Positions 23,909 to 36,965 of a stretch of DNA of 64,000 bases are shown one piece after another. A program made the position numbers and the translations under genes. The notes beneath the pieces are model-generated. The model ran no database searches, was not told where the DNA came from, and was given only the letters and a program-made list of their open reading frames with translations. The stretch's first letter is position 1; each line of letters starts with the position of its first letter. The stretch is taken from NCBI RefSeq assembly GCF_002571385.2, contig NW_019217807.1:1110840-1174839 (forward strand). The letters are read 5' to 3'. The stretch is from Stylophora pistillata. Its lineage: Eukaryota.

Positions 23909-25361
23909 TTAAGTGGATGACCTGCTTTTCAGAGATGTCAAGCCCCAACTTCTGATGCTGGATAGTTGCCTATCGATTTCTGACCTTGTCACGGGCTGTG
24001 CCTTTCCAGTCACGCTAGAGTATGTTGCGCTGAAGAGATGTCTAAAGGCAGTCTTGAACTGCTTGTTCATTAGACCGTAGATAATTGGGTTGAGAACTGA
24101 ATTAAAGTAATGAAGCGCTTTCGCCACCATTACAGCTTCCATTTGAATCGGACATGCGCTGAAATCAAAGGGAGTGAGAGTCATTACATGGTCTGTCACG
24201 CATTGTTTGTTGAGGACGTACATTACGTTACAACTCATCGTCAGTCACTTTTTATCGCCGGAACGGAAGTCGGAGGATCTCGGTCCCCTCATGACGCTCT
24301 GTAATATTCTTATGAACAACCGACTTATTGAAAGTTAATTGAGTCATTTTTCTGGAGTTCCCCTTTCATACTCGATCGACAACAAATGACCCCCTCCCCC
24401 CCTGAAAACCATGAAATCTCCCTCTTTACCAAATCCTCCCCCTGCCAGGCGAGAAATAAGGACTGGCCTCTTAACTGAGAGTAAGGAGAGTGGAATGCGG
24501 TGGTCGTAAGTTCGATTCCCCATAGGGGCTAAGAATTTGCGAGGAGGAATTATGTATTATCATGGAGTTCACAAATCACAAAACTTACCGACAGAGAGCG
24601 TTAAAGAAATTCAGAAAGAAGAATGGGAACCAACAAAGCACAAAAGCCCCCATTACCACCCCCAGCGTCTTAGCGGCCTTCAGCTCCTTTGGTAGGCAGA
24701 ACTTTTTGGTTTTTTCTCCAATCTTGAGCAGCATTTTCTTCGCCTGTGTACGAGAAACTCTGAAAATCATAATGTAGGCGTAACTCATGATTAACACAGG
24801 CGCAACAAAACAGAGCGAAAACGCTGTCAATTGGTATGCGGTTGAGAATGACATATCCCAGGTGATCAGTTTGATGATGGTCATGGTTAGCGCAAAGGAC
24901 CACGCTGCACAAATCGCTACACGTGTCTTGGGCGTGGTCACAATGCTGTGGTAGGTCAGCGGAGAAGAGATACAGATGTAGCGCTCAATGCTGATAAGTA
25001 GAAGATGTGAGATGGAAGCCACACTGCATAAGATGTCCATCGACTGCCAGATCTTCTTCAGCCACAAGGAGTAAATCCAGGGTCGTCCTGTTAAGAGATA
25101 CGCTGCCCAAACCGGCATGGAAAACATCGCGACTAGGATGTCCGTCACTGCTAGGGACACCACGAGGTAATTGGTCACGTTGCGCAACTTCCGGAAAGAG
25201 ACAAACGCCCGGATGACGAGTGAGTTCCCGAGAAGAGTAAGAATTATGATGACAATCAGTAAAAATGTGGATATGAATCTCACAGTGAAGTCAAATGGTT
25301 GCATTTCCGCCCTGTGGATTATTGTGGAGTTTATGGTTGTGGCCACCGTCGGGTTTGCCAT
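23909..25361 (-). CDS. Class A aminergic-like GPCR, paralog 3 (340 aa, two coding exons)
   Basis: Exon 25361-24589 covers TM1-TM6 (LAVTD, D3.32, SIERY, CWFPFF). A phase-2 GTAAGT..TTTCAG intron spans 24588-24159. Exon 24158-23909 encodes ACPIQ..KALHYFNSVLNPIIY and the C-tail. The spliced frame is continuous (LC-R-ACP). A 5'UTR acceptor at 25375-25374 lies 12 nt before the ATG. Confidence 0.92.
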
Positions 25362-26124
25362 GGCTGTGATCCTCTAACAAAGGGTGTACAAACTCCAACA
25401 AGTCTGAAATTGAAGTTTGACAAAAATGAGACAAAATTCCATTTGTAGTCCCTGCTTCTGAGTTAGTGACAACTTCATGATACTGAAGTAAGAACAGCTC
25501 AGCCATTTTTACTAGCGACCACAAATGGTAGACTCGACTCTTAAAGGACTTCGGTACAGATGCTAAACTTTAAGGTTGCCGAAGTGAGATTAAAGCCCGA
25601 TCGAATACTATTTTTTTTTTGTCTGTAGACGCAGATATAATCAATACAAAAAATATCTCTTTCTTCGACTGGTGTTAATCCTTTAACTCCCTCGAGTGAC
25701 CGAGACAGAATTTCCCCTAACATTATCCATACAAAATCAAGCAGGCAAGTGATGAGAATAAAAAAAACAATCCAGTAGGGTTTTTTTCGCCGAAATTACG
25801 TCGTATGGTGGAGATTAATAGTAAGGCAGACAGTGCGCGACGCGGTTAAAAGCCGAAACGTACACTATTTTAAAATCAGTGAATTTCTGTATTGACCAGT
25901 TTCCTTTTGACGTTCATAACTAATCGCAAAAAAACAAAAAAAAAAATCGAATAAATTAAACAGAAAAGCAGGGAAAAAAGTTAAAAATATGCTTTTGGCA
26001 AAACATAAAAAAAAACTTACGAATTTCATTTGATTAAGATATTGGTATTTTCCTCCAACGGATCACGTCCTTATTTGAGGCAGCGAGCGCCTCAACTGTT
26101 TCCGAATTCAACCATTATTTGGAG

Positions 26125-26865
26125 TTTATTTATATATTCATAAATACATAGCAGTTAAAAAACTGAATTGCGTATTTACTCACATAATACAGATTTTAAA
26201 ATTAAACTAATTTAGATATTAACTACTTAGTTATTAAAAAACGTTCAATCGGCTAATAAAAGGAAAGCTAAAATGAGTTCGCTTTAAGACATGAGGAAAT
26301 AATAAAACTATTCTTAAAACGAGTGGTTTTGAAGCGTTGTACATTAAAAGGTCGCGCACGCCTTAACAAGTAGGTAGTTTCATGTGTTGCTGGTATTAAC
26401 TTTTGAAGACGGTGATTGTTGTCATCTACAATTTTGTCGAAAAGTGACTCACATATTTCGTCATGATGGATGACTAATTCTTTAAATTTCATAATATCCA
26501 GGGCCTCATGATAGCTATGACCAGTACAGATAATGGACATTGCTCTCTTCTGTACGTGTTCTAATTCTCGCATTAAATATTTAGGCAAACTATAGTGAAA
26601 AACCGGTACTGCATAGTCCATGATTGATCTAATACAACTAGAATAAAAGAGCCCTCGATCAGTACGAGCAACCTTGGCTCTCTTAAGTTGAATCAAGAAA
26701 TATAATCTCTTAGAGGCTTTTTTAACGATTTCATTAATATGGGTATTCCAGGTCAAATTATTGGAGATATCAAGACCCAAAAGCTTACATTTTCTACCAC
26801 TTCTAAAGCATCGCCATTGATGAGAATGGGCACAAATTCTTGCTGGAACTTTGAAAAGGTGTCCT
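26125..26865 (-). mobile_element. 5'-truncated non-LTR retrotransposon (CR1/L2-group ORF2 C-terminus)
   Basis: LGLDISNNLTWNTHI..KASKRLYFL..FYSSCIRS.MDYA.PVFH..LE.VQKRA..T.RFKNSFI, followed by a 3'UTR with AATAAA on the minus strand at about 26131. Confidence 0.85.
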
Positions 26866-28756
26866 CTGCATCATTGTGTAATTTAGTATTACTAAAAGTA
26901 TTAAGTACCGAACTTCCGTAAAATCAACATTGAATACACATTCGATTGACACGACGTGATTTACAGAAAAGATATGAGCTTCGCAACTTGATACTTACGT
27001 TTTGGAGGAAAAATGCTTTCTTCGTGTTTTGAATTTACATCAGTTGTTACCGTCACATGTCAGTATGTAAATATTTGCTAAACGCTATCTCTCCTGTATT
27101 TGCTCAAAACTAGTGTTACGCATTCATTCTTCAAACTCCTGGACTGAACAATGGGTTTCAAACGCAGCTTTCACGCAGAGTACTGATTTCCGTGACATTC
27201 ATCGTATTTACATACACGAAATGTGAATTACTTCGTGAAATAGATTGATTTGAAAGATCTAACTTTTCGTGTTTTTTTTTTCTAGAAATTAGAGGAAGTT
27301 TTATCACGAATTGTAAACATCAGATGACACCATTCACATGAAAGGGTAAATAGTTTATCATGTTCATTGTGCCGGCGCTTTTGTGTTTCCTCTCTCAGTT
27401 TAGCCGGCGGCCTATTCACGATCTTTATTTGAATGAAACTATTTTCTTTGGTGGAAAAAAAAGGCAACAGTCATCTTGCATACATCGACTTGGGTTCATG
27501 CCTTTACTTGAAAATCATTTTAAATTCATCTTGGACGACCACGTAACATTTTCAGTTTTTTTGGTGCTAATGTATACCTGAGAGTAAAGCATTGCTGGAA
27601 GCTTGCCGAAAATTTGTAAAGCAAGCATTGTGCATGCACGAAAGAGTATGATGAATAATGTATTATCACAGGGGAATATCAACTGATTCTCTTGAATTTT
27701 CCAGTTTTTCGATGTAACTCGCGGCTTTTTTCTGTAGACCTGTGTCTGATTCCTAACGAAATGACGGCGTTGCAGTTTTAGTCCAGGCCATGATGGTTCA
27801 AAACATCTTACTTTTTCTTAAGTGTTAAAATTAAGGCAAGAGATTTGTGGTGACCTATCTCTTTTCAAGATATCTGCGCTCCTAACATATCACAACAAAG
27901 TTTTCTTTTCGTTCGTTTTGTTCACGAGCTAGGGTGACTGAACCAGTATCGTTCGTTGATGGGGAGTAAACACATGCTATGCAAACTTACCTAAAACCTG
28001 GATCGTTTCTGGATTTCAATTATTCTAGTAGAATCTGTCTGGATAATCAAAGAGTGTCGTGGCACTTTTTATCTGGTTTTACGCGGTCCTCACTAAAACC
28101 ATTGCGGTGCTGAATTGAATGTCCTGCAAATTTCCCCAAATGAGCTCTTAAAAACCAATTTCAAATCATTACACATGCATGTCACGTATAAACCGCAGCT
28201 AAATTTCTTCAGGGTTTTCCGGCTGTCAAAAGCACCAAAAACTATTAATTTTTATCGATATACGTCAGTCTTGCAAACTTTGAAGGGGGCCATTTTAACT
28301 TCAAACGATTTTTAATTGGCTTTGATGTGAAATTGCTGTGCATGGGGAATTCTAATTGCAAATTGACGTAACACCATAATGTACTTTGATGAAGGATTCT
28401 ATTTCAGTCATTTGGTACACTACGAAATAACCATTGACAGTAACTTTTATAATTTGTATGCACATATTGGTTGGACCACTTGCGGCTCTGGAGAAATCAT
28501 TTTAGTTAGTTACCTGAAAGCCAGCAATCGACATCTTAGTTGTGGAGGCTGTTCTGTTTAGTCTGTGGTGTAGTTCGATCAATAATGATACAGCCAGCTT
28601 TTTCTCCTTTGCGTCTAAAACATACACCAAATACGGAGGAACTACAAGGTTTATCATGATCCATCTGTTACATATTACCAATGAAAGTGTTATTGACAAT
28701 GTTTAATTTATGCTTCGGTAGCAAAAAATCTAAAATAATTTGGCAAGTTTAATCTT

Positions 28757-29626
28757 CAAAATGAGGAATCTTAAGAGCGGGAATATTTAAAATGGAGAAT
28801 CTGAAAAAGTGGGATTCTTTAAAATGGATAACTTAGGTGTTTACTTTCAAGGGAAAGGGAATAGCAAGTTGAAATGTCTCTGTTTAATCCATTAATGTTA
28901 TACGACTAATCAGACAAGCTGCCAGATTCTGGACTTCGAGCAGACGACTCGTGCAGTAATTGCATTGATATTGAAAGCGTTCTTCTTATCCTTTTCACCG
29001 GTTTATAACGGAAAACGCTGTTCAGTCATAATTGCTAATAGAGCCTTATCCTTTAGATTGTTCAAAAAAGATAAATGTCGAGTGCTACTGCCATCCACCA
29101 AAAACAAAATTATCACGCGTCGAGCAAACTTCAACCCTGAGGCGGGATTTCCACCAGCACGTAGTAGTTTCACTTGTGTCACCAGTAATGATTCACTTAC
29201 ACATATTGGTCGATTACATTTCACGCTTAAAAGATTCCCCTGTTAATAAAGATTCCAGCTTCTAAAGATTCCAGCTTCTAAAGATTCCCGCTTCTAAGGA
29301 TTCAGGCTTTTAAAGATTCCCCTTGTTAAAGATTCCCCATGTTAAAGACTCCCCGAGTTAAAGATTCCCCGTTTTAAAGATTCCCGCTTTTACACATAAA
29401 GCTCTAGCCCTTAAAGATTTCCCCATTTTAAGATTTCCGCTTTTATAGATTCCCCAAATGTAAACACTCCCGATTTTAAAACCGATTCTAAAGATTCCCT
29501 ATTTTAAAGAGTCCCGCTTTTAAAGATTCCCGCTTTTAAAGAATTCCCCATTTTAAAGATTTTTTCCCATTTCCCGTTCTTCCTTTCCTGTTCCTCTGTT
29601 CCCTGTTCTTTATTTTAAGGATAGCC
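28757..29626. mobile_element. Foldback-like element with arrays of a 16-bp unit (TAAAGATTCCCGCTTT-like)
   Basis: About 20 degenerate units at 29228-29562, followed by TTCCCGTTC-type repeats ending AAGGATAGCC. Inverted copies of the unit (AAAATGAGGAATCTT) at 28757-28830 form a truncated left arm. Confidence 0.6.
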
Positions 29627-32600
29627 ATGTACAAACTATGACACAAACTATGACACAAACTAATTCGCACACTCAGCCACTCGAGAAAGAAAAAGAAAGA
29701 AAAAAAAAAAAGAAGAAACTTGCTCACTGTCTAAGGACAAAAATTTATTTGCTAACTTAAGAGGTGTGAATGACAATCGCTATGTAGTTCAAAACGCTAG
29801 AATTTATTGACTGAGTACTCTTAATTCAAAATCCATACGCAAACGATACGGTACGTCCGATAATAACCTTTATTTTTTTTCGGCTAGATTTTTAATGAAT
29901 TCTAAAGTATAACTTTGGTTTAAAGACTGTAAAATCAACTAAAAGTAAATTGGCGCTTTCTGGCACGAATTAGGAAATGGAAGTTGTCTAGTCAGTTGCT
30001 GCAATCTGTTTGTTGAAGTTTTCTGCAATCATTTTCGTATAGCATCGGAAATTATCAGGAGGCTACCAATGAGGCGCTAATTAACTGAGGTTGTTTGTTT
30101 CTAATCAAGGAAAAACAAGACACCTCTCTTTCTGAGCAAGTATTTTTTTTTTTTTAACTCAAGGCGTTTTGTGATGCGAATCACACGATTTGCAGCTTCT
30201 TTTTGAGTGAAAACGAAGAAACGAAAGTATTAGTGAAGATCATGGCATACATTTTACAGTATTTCGTATCGTTTTCGTAGTTTTTGTCATTTAGTGTTCT
30301 GAGTCGTAAGTGGTAATTGAGAAGAATAAAAGCAATTGTTGTTTAGGCAGACTATAACTTCTTGTTTCCATTTCGTGGCAAAACGAAATTATTCATTTTT
30401 CAAAGCAATACAATCGCCAAACAATGCGTTTGAGAAAACAACTTTAATTTCCGGCAAAGTATAACTTATTTTGGTGCCGCTTAAGTTTCAAGTTACCGAT
30501 TCAAATTTTTAATAATAAACTCAAGGGAATACGACATTACTTCGTTTGAACGAGTCGGTGCTATTCCTCCAACAGCTCCAATTTTACACAATCATATTTA
30601 TTTATTCGGTTCTTAGCGTCTTTTTCAATGTTGCCCATTAATTTTGCAGAGGAGATCTCAATGATACATTGTATGTTACGAATTTCGTGTTGTTTTTTCT
30701 GAGTGCACCTGCAATGCAGCTTCGCTGATTTGCCTCAGCTTGAAATAGTCCTCGGCTTCCTTGATAAATTCTCAATTCATTTAGCTTGCCTGCCTTTAAT
30801 TTCCTCTTGAAACTTAACTGCAATAAGCTACAAAATTCTTAGCCGTCCGTTCATTCATAAGTTAAGTTATGCTAGAGTCTTACACTGTTTTCAGACTCTT
30901 TGTTCTCGACTTCAGTTTCAGCTTATCACTTAAGGCTCTCCGAAGGTAAACGTCGTGAAGATAAACATGAAAGGACCAACTCAGATTCCTTTTTCCCCAA
31001 ACATCCAGCCCGTTAGCCGGCGAGGAATCTTTTGTCTCCATTTCGCTCTTGACAAAAAGGTAAAACCACTGCTTGAAATCATAAAAAGACATCCTGAATC
31101 TTCAGATCCAATTTACATAATGTCTTTGACTTTTTCGAGAGTGTGTCGATTTATCAGTCCGATTAATTGAGTTTATGCAGTCGGCTATCGTTTTCGCGCC
31201 GAATCTGAGTCGCCGTGAATTCTTTTGCCTGCTTAAAACAATTGTTTCCCCCTACTAATTTTTGCCATTTCAGGCAATATTGCGGGTTGACTAAAAAAAA
31301 ACTTAAATATTCTCCTGACTTACCTGAAATATATTTTAATCAGCGCTGTGTTTTGTTGTTGGCGGAGCAGTAAGTCAACTGATTAAATGGTTTACTGGGC
31401 CAACTTTGATGGCTTTCAAGGGATCAGATGAGTTCGTCCTTGTTCTGAGCGCCGACTGTTTACGCAGACTGTGGGGCAATTTTGACACCTGCGTTTAACC
31501 CAACGACGAAACAGCTTGAGGGAAATGATTCTTTGTTTCTGCGGGACTTTTACGGTTTGTTTTTTATTTCTAAAAGAGCTTCCAACTGCGACCTTCACTC
31601 GGCCATTTGAAGTTTTCGAGCGAAACTCGCTCAAGGTGAAACAGGTGCAAAGTTTGTTTCTGATGAACGATAATTGTCGGCCCACAACTTGACGTGCCTT
31701 TCTGAGCAAAAAAAATTTACATAACAGTTTCATTTAATCCAAGCAGGATCTAAGCCTTTCTTCTATATATTTTTTTTCTACAATTAGATGAGACCAAGAC
31801 GACATAAAACAACTGAATTTTTCACTAAATTTGCGATGCTTTACCTAACTCGAAACGAATTCGTGGTGGTTTTTTAATTTCATAAAGTTTTAGATTAAAT
31901 TTTTGATTTAGGTCCGGATAAGGTTCGTGGCAAAATTTATCTTTTCAAATGATGTTTTTATCAGTTTTTCAAACAACCAAAGTGATAGGGAGTCAGTCCA
32001 GTGTAATTATCAAACAAAAATAAATTCAAAACCTCTTTAAATCGTTTCTGCTGTGTCATTTTTGCAGAAATTAACTCAGTGTATCTGTAAAGTATTTTCT
32101 AATGGTTTTCTCTTGGAAAACTCAAACAAATTAATATCACGGTTTAAGGCTCATGTCATTTCTTTCTCTTGATCTGCTCTGAAAGTAGTTAGAGTGTGAT
32201 CTTCTGTTATTATTTTGTTCGGCTTTTCGTTTTAGTCAAATCTCCTTTTTAATCATATCCTTTCTTCAAACATTTTAAATTCGAACCGCTCCATTTTCCA
32301 GAGCTGTCGTCAGATGTCGATGATCTTTGAAACCCGCACCCGTTTTAGCGGTTCACTAGCCGTTTTTAAAACGAAGGAATAGTAGATAAATTATCAGCTT
32401 GCCTTCTTTCAATAAGAGATTCCTGTGTAATAAGAAAAGCTAGTGTGCAAGCGTCAATGTAGTACAGAAAATGTGCAATTTTCAGATCAACTTAGGTGAG
32501 TTAAAACAGAGATAAAGAAAATAATAACTAAAAGAAACTTGTTTGTGCAGCTGGCGGTTTTAGCGGGCGCTCGAAGGTAAAATGTCCCCGAGCAGATAAA

Positions 32601-33213
32601 CCCACGAAAGGCATTGGGAGAAATGATGTGACTATATTCTTGGCCACTTACTCAAAAGGACCGATTCGGCAACGGCTTTTTGGACTCGCACGACGAACTT
32701 TTCCGAAAAGGAGGAACTGCTCATAATCTAATATATGGAAAGCAGTGATAAACTGCTAAACCAAGTTAATCCCAAAGACGCGTTGGTTTACCACGCATTA
32801 CAGTTTTTTGTGTTGTAGTTTAAGTGACGGCTTTTAGTTTTTGGTGCCACAAGCCAGTAGCACTTTAGGCCTGATGTGGTTGATAGTCAGTGGTGGGTGG
32901 TCGTCAATGGCGTGCGTTGACGCCAAGGCCCAGTCTACTAGCACGATTGCTTAATTAAGTAATCCCCATTCAGTCGAAATATTTATGGGACAACAGATGT
33001 ATTAGCTACCAAGACATTTTTATTCTTTCCTATCTTAAACACAAGTTTAACACTCTAACTAAACTTTTCCTTTCCGAGTCGATTTTCGGCTACAATAACA
33101 GGCTAAGAAATAACAGTTTAACTTGTACGACAAAACAATAATAGTTTAGAACATATTTCCGAGTGCAGAGAACTGTTGTTGATGCACTATATTTCATCGT
33201 TCGTTATCCGTGT

Positions 33214-35722
33214 TTAGTCATCCTTTGCGCCATGTTTAATTGTTTTAACAAGGTCCAGATAGTTGAAGTTTCCATCGTCGTCAGCGTTCGCTAGGCGGAA
33301 CATCTCATCGCATTCATCGTCAGTGAACCTAAAGCAAAGTGTGATAGTCACGGATCAGTAACGCAACGTGAGCGACGTTTTCTTTTTCTTTTCATTTTCC
33401 TTTCAGGGAAGAAACCCTAAGGACGAAATTCCCGATTGTCAAAGCAGTATATACAGTTTAACTTTCTGTGACCTTTTGTGTGAGTGAGATGATTTGTGTG
33501 ACTAATTCTGAGAGAAGGAGAAGAAAAGTATAAACATTTTAGGAAAACTCTCGTTTTCCAAAGGAGATCATGGGATACTGAACTTAACAGAAATGAAACG
33601 AGCATAGTGATGCTTATGTATATCCCAGACACGATACCAACTATTTTCTTTCTTATAATTTTCATTAAATGATCCGCAACCCGATTAAATCGTCCACATG
33701 CTGACAGAAAGTTATCAAATTAACGCCATGTGTCAGACCGTGTTACGACGCAGTTGTTTACAAATGTCCATGCCTGTAGACGAATTTGGTATACATAATA
33801 TACATTCGATACATTCGTTTTCTAGTTAATCTGAATTACACAGCTTAACAAACAACTCACTTATATCTCGCAAAAAAATCCTTTAACCCTGAGCTTTTCC
33901 TATCATTTTTTCTGCCAAAACATAAAACCCCCGCGAGGTTAAATACATTTACTGTCATGCTGAGACATCTTGCCGAGAATGTAATCTTAGTTTGCGAGTT
34001 GTCTGTCGAAAAATCTACAGTTGCGATGAAGGTTAGCAAAAAATAGCAACACAAAATGCAATAGCCTGGCTCTTCTAGACGCAAAAAGCAAGAATTTTGT
34101 CACTGAGCTAAACGGATTTCGTTTAACTTGACAACATAACAAATCAACCACCCGAAACCGGCAAGCCACTTAATTTTATCATCGGCAGTTTCCCCGAGGC
34201 GTTACCTATTGTTATTCACCTTGCCTATAACGCTTGAAATTTTTGTTTTCCACCGCAGATTACGAGATTAACTCGTATTTTTTGCGTTTACTTTAATCAG
34301 GGCAGAATTTTTGGTAAACGGGTCTCTCTTCCTGCTGTACGCCACTGTTCGCACGAAAATGTCTTTAGCTCCCGCCGGGCTTGCGAATTTATTAGTTAGA
34401 TTTGAACTTTCAAATAAATCGCATCAGCTTTTGTTTAAGGCCTATGCAATTTTCCGTTTCATTCTATTACAAAATATATCTTGCCCTGTTGCAGTCTGAA
34501 GACTTTCAGCGTTAGCTCTAGCTATAGATAATGAATGAGGAGAAACTCTGTCCTGGCTAAATAATTGTTATCTCAGACCAATTTTACAGTCGCTGCCCGC
34601 ATAAAAAAACCCTTAATTCAACAACTTCAGTCTACGCGGCTGTCATATTTTATTTTCGCTAAATACCGCTATCGAGTTTGCTCTTCCTAAATGTTGTTAG
34701 TGTTAGGGTTGACGTCGATGGACTGATAGCTTCTCAGCAAATATAACTTCGACTCGGCGAACTTGAGAGGAGTTAACGCGCGTGTTGGCGTGGAATCGTG
34801 CGTGTTCAAGAATCGTGCGTGCTCGCTTCTCGAAGAAGGCCTTGATTTCTGGGTTCTATAATTTTAAGGTTTTAAGATAAAGAACTGTATCTATCCTGGC
34901 TTTCAACTGCTTAAGAACTAGAGTCCACTGTATCAGTGAGCTAACAGGGGACAAGTAAAACGGACTGGTACCAACCACTTTTCGTGCGAGTAATTTTTCG
35001 GAATTCTGGCCTTTTGTTATTGATTTAACTGGAGAAATCGTCACTCTTTCAACATAGGGTGTTATAATAGCTGAAAAATCGTAGACAAACAGCAGCATAT
35101 AGATACCTCGCCTCTAGATTCGAATTCCTGATTCAGGTGTTAAATGGGACGAAATTCACTACAAGAAGGGATATCTGATCGTAGACAAGCCTAATATACC
35201 CAAGATAACAAAGTGCTTCCTACTTGTACCGCGAAAGCCTCTTCCCTCCCGACTTTTTGTCTGCGTAATCTGTCAGGGTTAAGTGCTAGAGAGAATTTGA
35301 TAGTTCACTTTCTAATCTTACCTGTCTCCCATTCCCATTAACAAGGGTCGGAGCTTTTCCTCGTTCAGTACGCCCTTGCCTTCAAAATCAAACGAGGCGA
35401 ATGCATTTCGGATCATATCCTCAGGGTCTGTACCATTCAGTTTCTCGCCCATGAGCGTCAGGAACATGGTGAAATTCAACGGCCCAGACGCTTCGTCTAA
35501 CATTTCGACGATGTAGTCGTTAGACTCTTCCTTTCCCAGCGAGTTAAACATATCCTTCAGATCGGTGTCTTTGATGAATCCATCGCGATCCTGGTCGATC
35601 ATGCTGAACGCTTCTTTAAACTCCTGAATCTGCTGCTGATCGAACATGGCAAACACGTTGGATGTTGCTCTCTGAGCCTTCTTCTTTGAGCCGGCCTTTT
35701 TAGATTTCTTTTTAATGGACAT
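33214..35722 (-). CDS. MYL9: Myosin II regulatory light chain, copy A (171 aa; MYL9/MYL12/sqh-like)
   Basis: Exons 35722-35322 and 33328-33214 with a phase-2 GT-AG intron (GDR|FT). Contains the [10 protein letters not shown] phosphorylation site, [11 protein letters not shown]-hand [21 protein letters not shown] and C-terminal IKHGAKDD. The symbol marks the family only. Confidence 0.93.
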
Positions 35723-35885
35723 TTTAGCTCGATATGGTTGCGCTTTTCCACGAAAGCTTTTAGACACTACACAAAAAGTTGTTTAGCCACTCCGCTGCAA
35801 TTAGTCTCTCGTTGGGAAGTGTTTACAGATTTTTAAAACGCCGGTCGCAAACCGCGCTTTTGTGAACCTATTACAATACCCTTGA

Positions 35886-35895
35886 CCTTATTAGG
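35886..35895. promoter_or_regulatory. CArG box (SRF site) upstream of myosin RLC copy A
   Basis: CCTTATTAGG fits CC(A/T)6GG exactly and lies about 165 bp upstream of the ATG. Confidence 0.4.
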
Positions 35896-36965
35896 TAACC
35901 AACATCGATTTCAATCTGTCCATCAAATACTTCTCTCACGAAATCGCGGCTACAATATATCGTAATATTTCGCCGAAATTTCCAAATTTAAACAAACGGT
36001 GATCACAGGGGACAATAATTTGTGTGAGGATATAGTGCTTTTTACTTTGGACCCAAAAGTTAAGGCTGACAATGACGCAGATTTCTCATTTAACGCTTTA
36101 ACGCCTGTTATGTATGTTATCAACTCCTTGAATATCTGTCATATTGTTCAAGGACAATTCTCCAACTTCGGAACATTTTCTTGAAGGAAACCTAATTGTA
36201 CTGGCAATATTCTCGAAAAAGTTAATTTTCTGGACGAAATCTTGGAAAATTTGATCGGAACCGTAAACATCTTTCTGCGCACTGAATCATCCAGTTATGA
36301 CGGTTTCTGTAATCTTTCATGCCATTTAGTTCCGGTTGAGTTATTGCCAACACCTTCTGTAGTCTGTGACCTTTTCAAGCATCAAAATGAATATTCTGCA
36401 GACTAACTAGCGAAATCTTTTCTTCCGTGACATATGGAGGTAAGTGTTTAGGATTCAAGCTGCCATTCTTACGATCAGAACCTAAACGAAGTATTCCTGG
36501 TCTGGCAGCAATATTCTTTTTCTAGATATAACTATTTCCAAAAGGCACTATATTCGAAAATTCTTCATTATCTTTTGGCTTGTGTGATTTCATGTAAAAC
36601 TGACTCTCATGCAGGCATTTATTTCCAGTTATCTGGCCCATAGATTCAACAGTTCAGCTAGTGTGTTAACTTTTTACACAATTTTGGTCAAAGCAACTCA
36701 GACAATCTTTATTCCGCAACAAAAGTTTTTGCATTTCATCATCTCATCATTTTATTAGCCTTATTTAAAAAAGACATCCTAATCTTCAATCACTCTTGGC
36801 TGAACATTAAATGATTTCTGATATTCTTAAGAAATGAAAAGAAAAAAAAGAAAACAAAGAAAAATTTTAAACCTTATTTCCGTGTGAGCCTCATCAGAAC
36901 TAACAGAAATGTAAGACAAATGATTACTTAGACTTTTCTCGATCAGAAAGTCCTCAGTTACACAC

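Noticed and set aside
2771-25361. GPCRs as opsins because of a TM7 lysine
   Set aside because: The Lys is at 7.39, not the retinal-binding 7.43 position (F/Y here), and the other motifs are aminergic-like.
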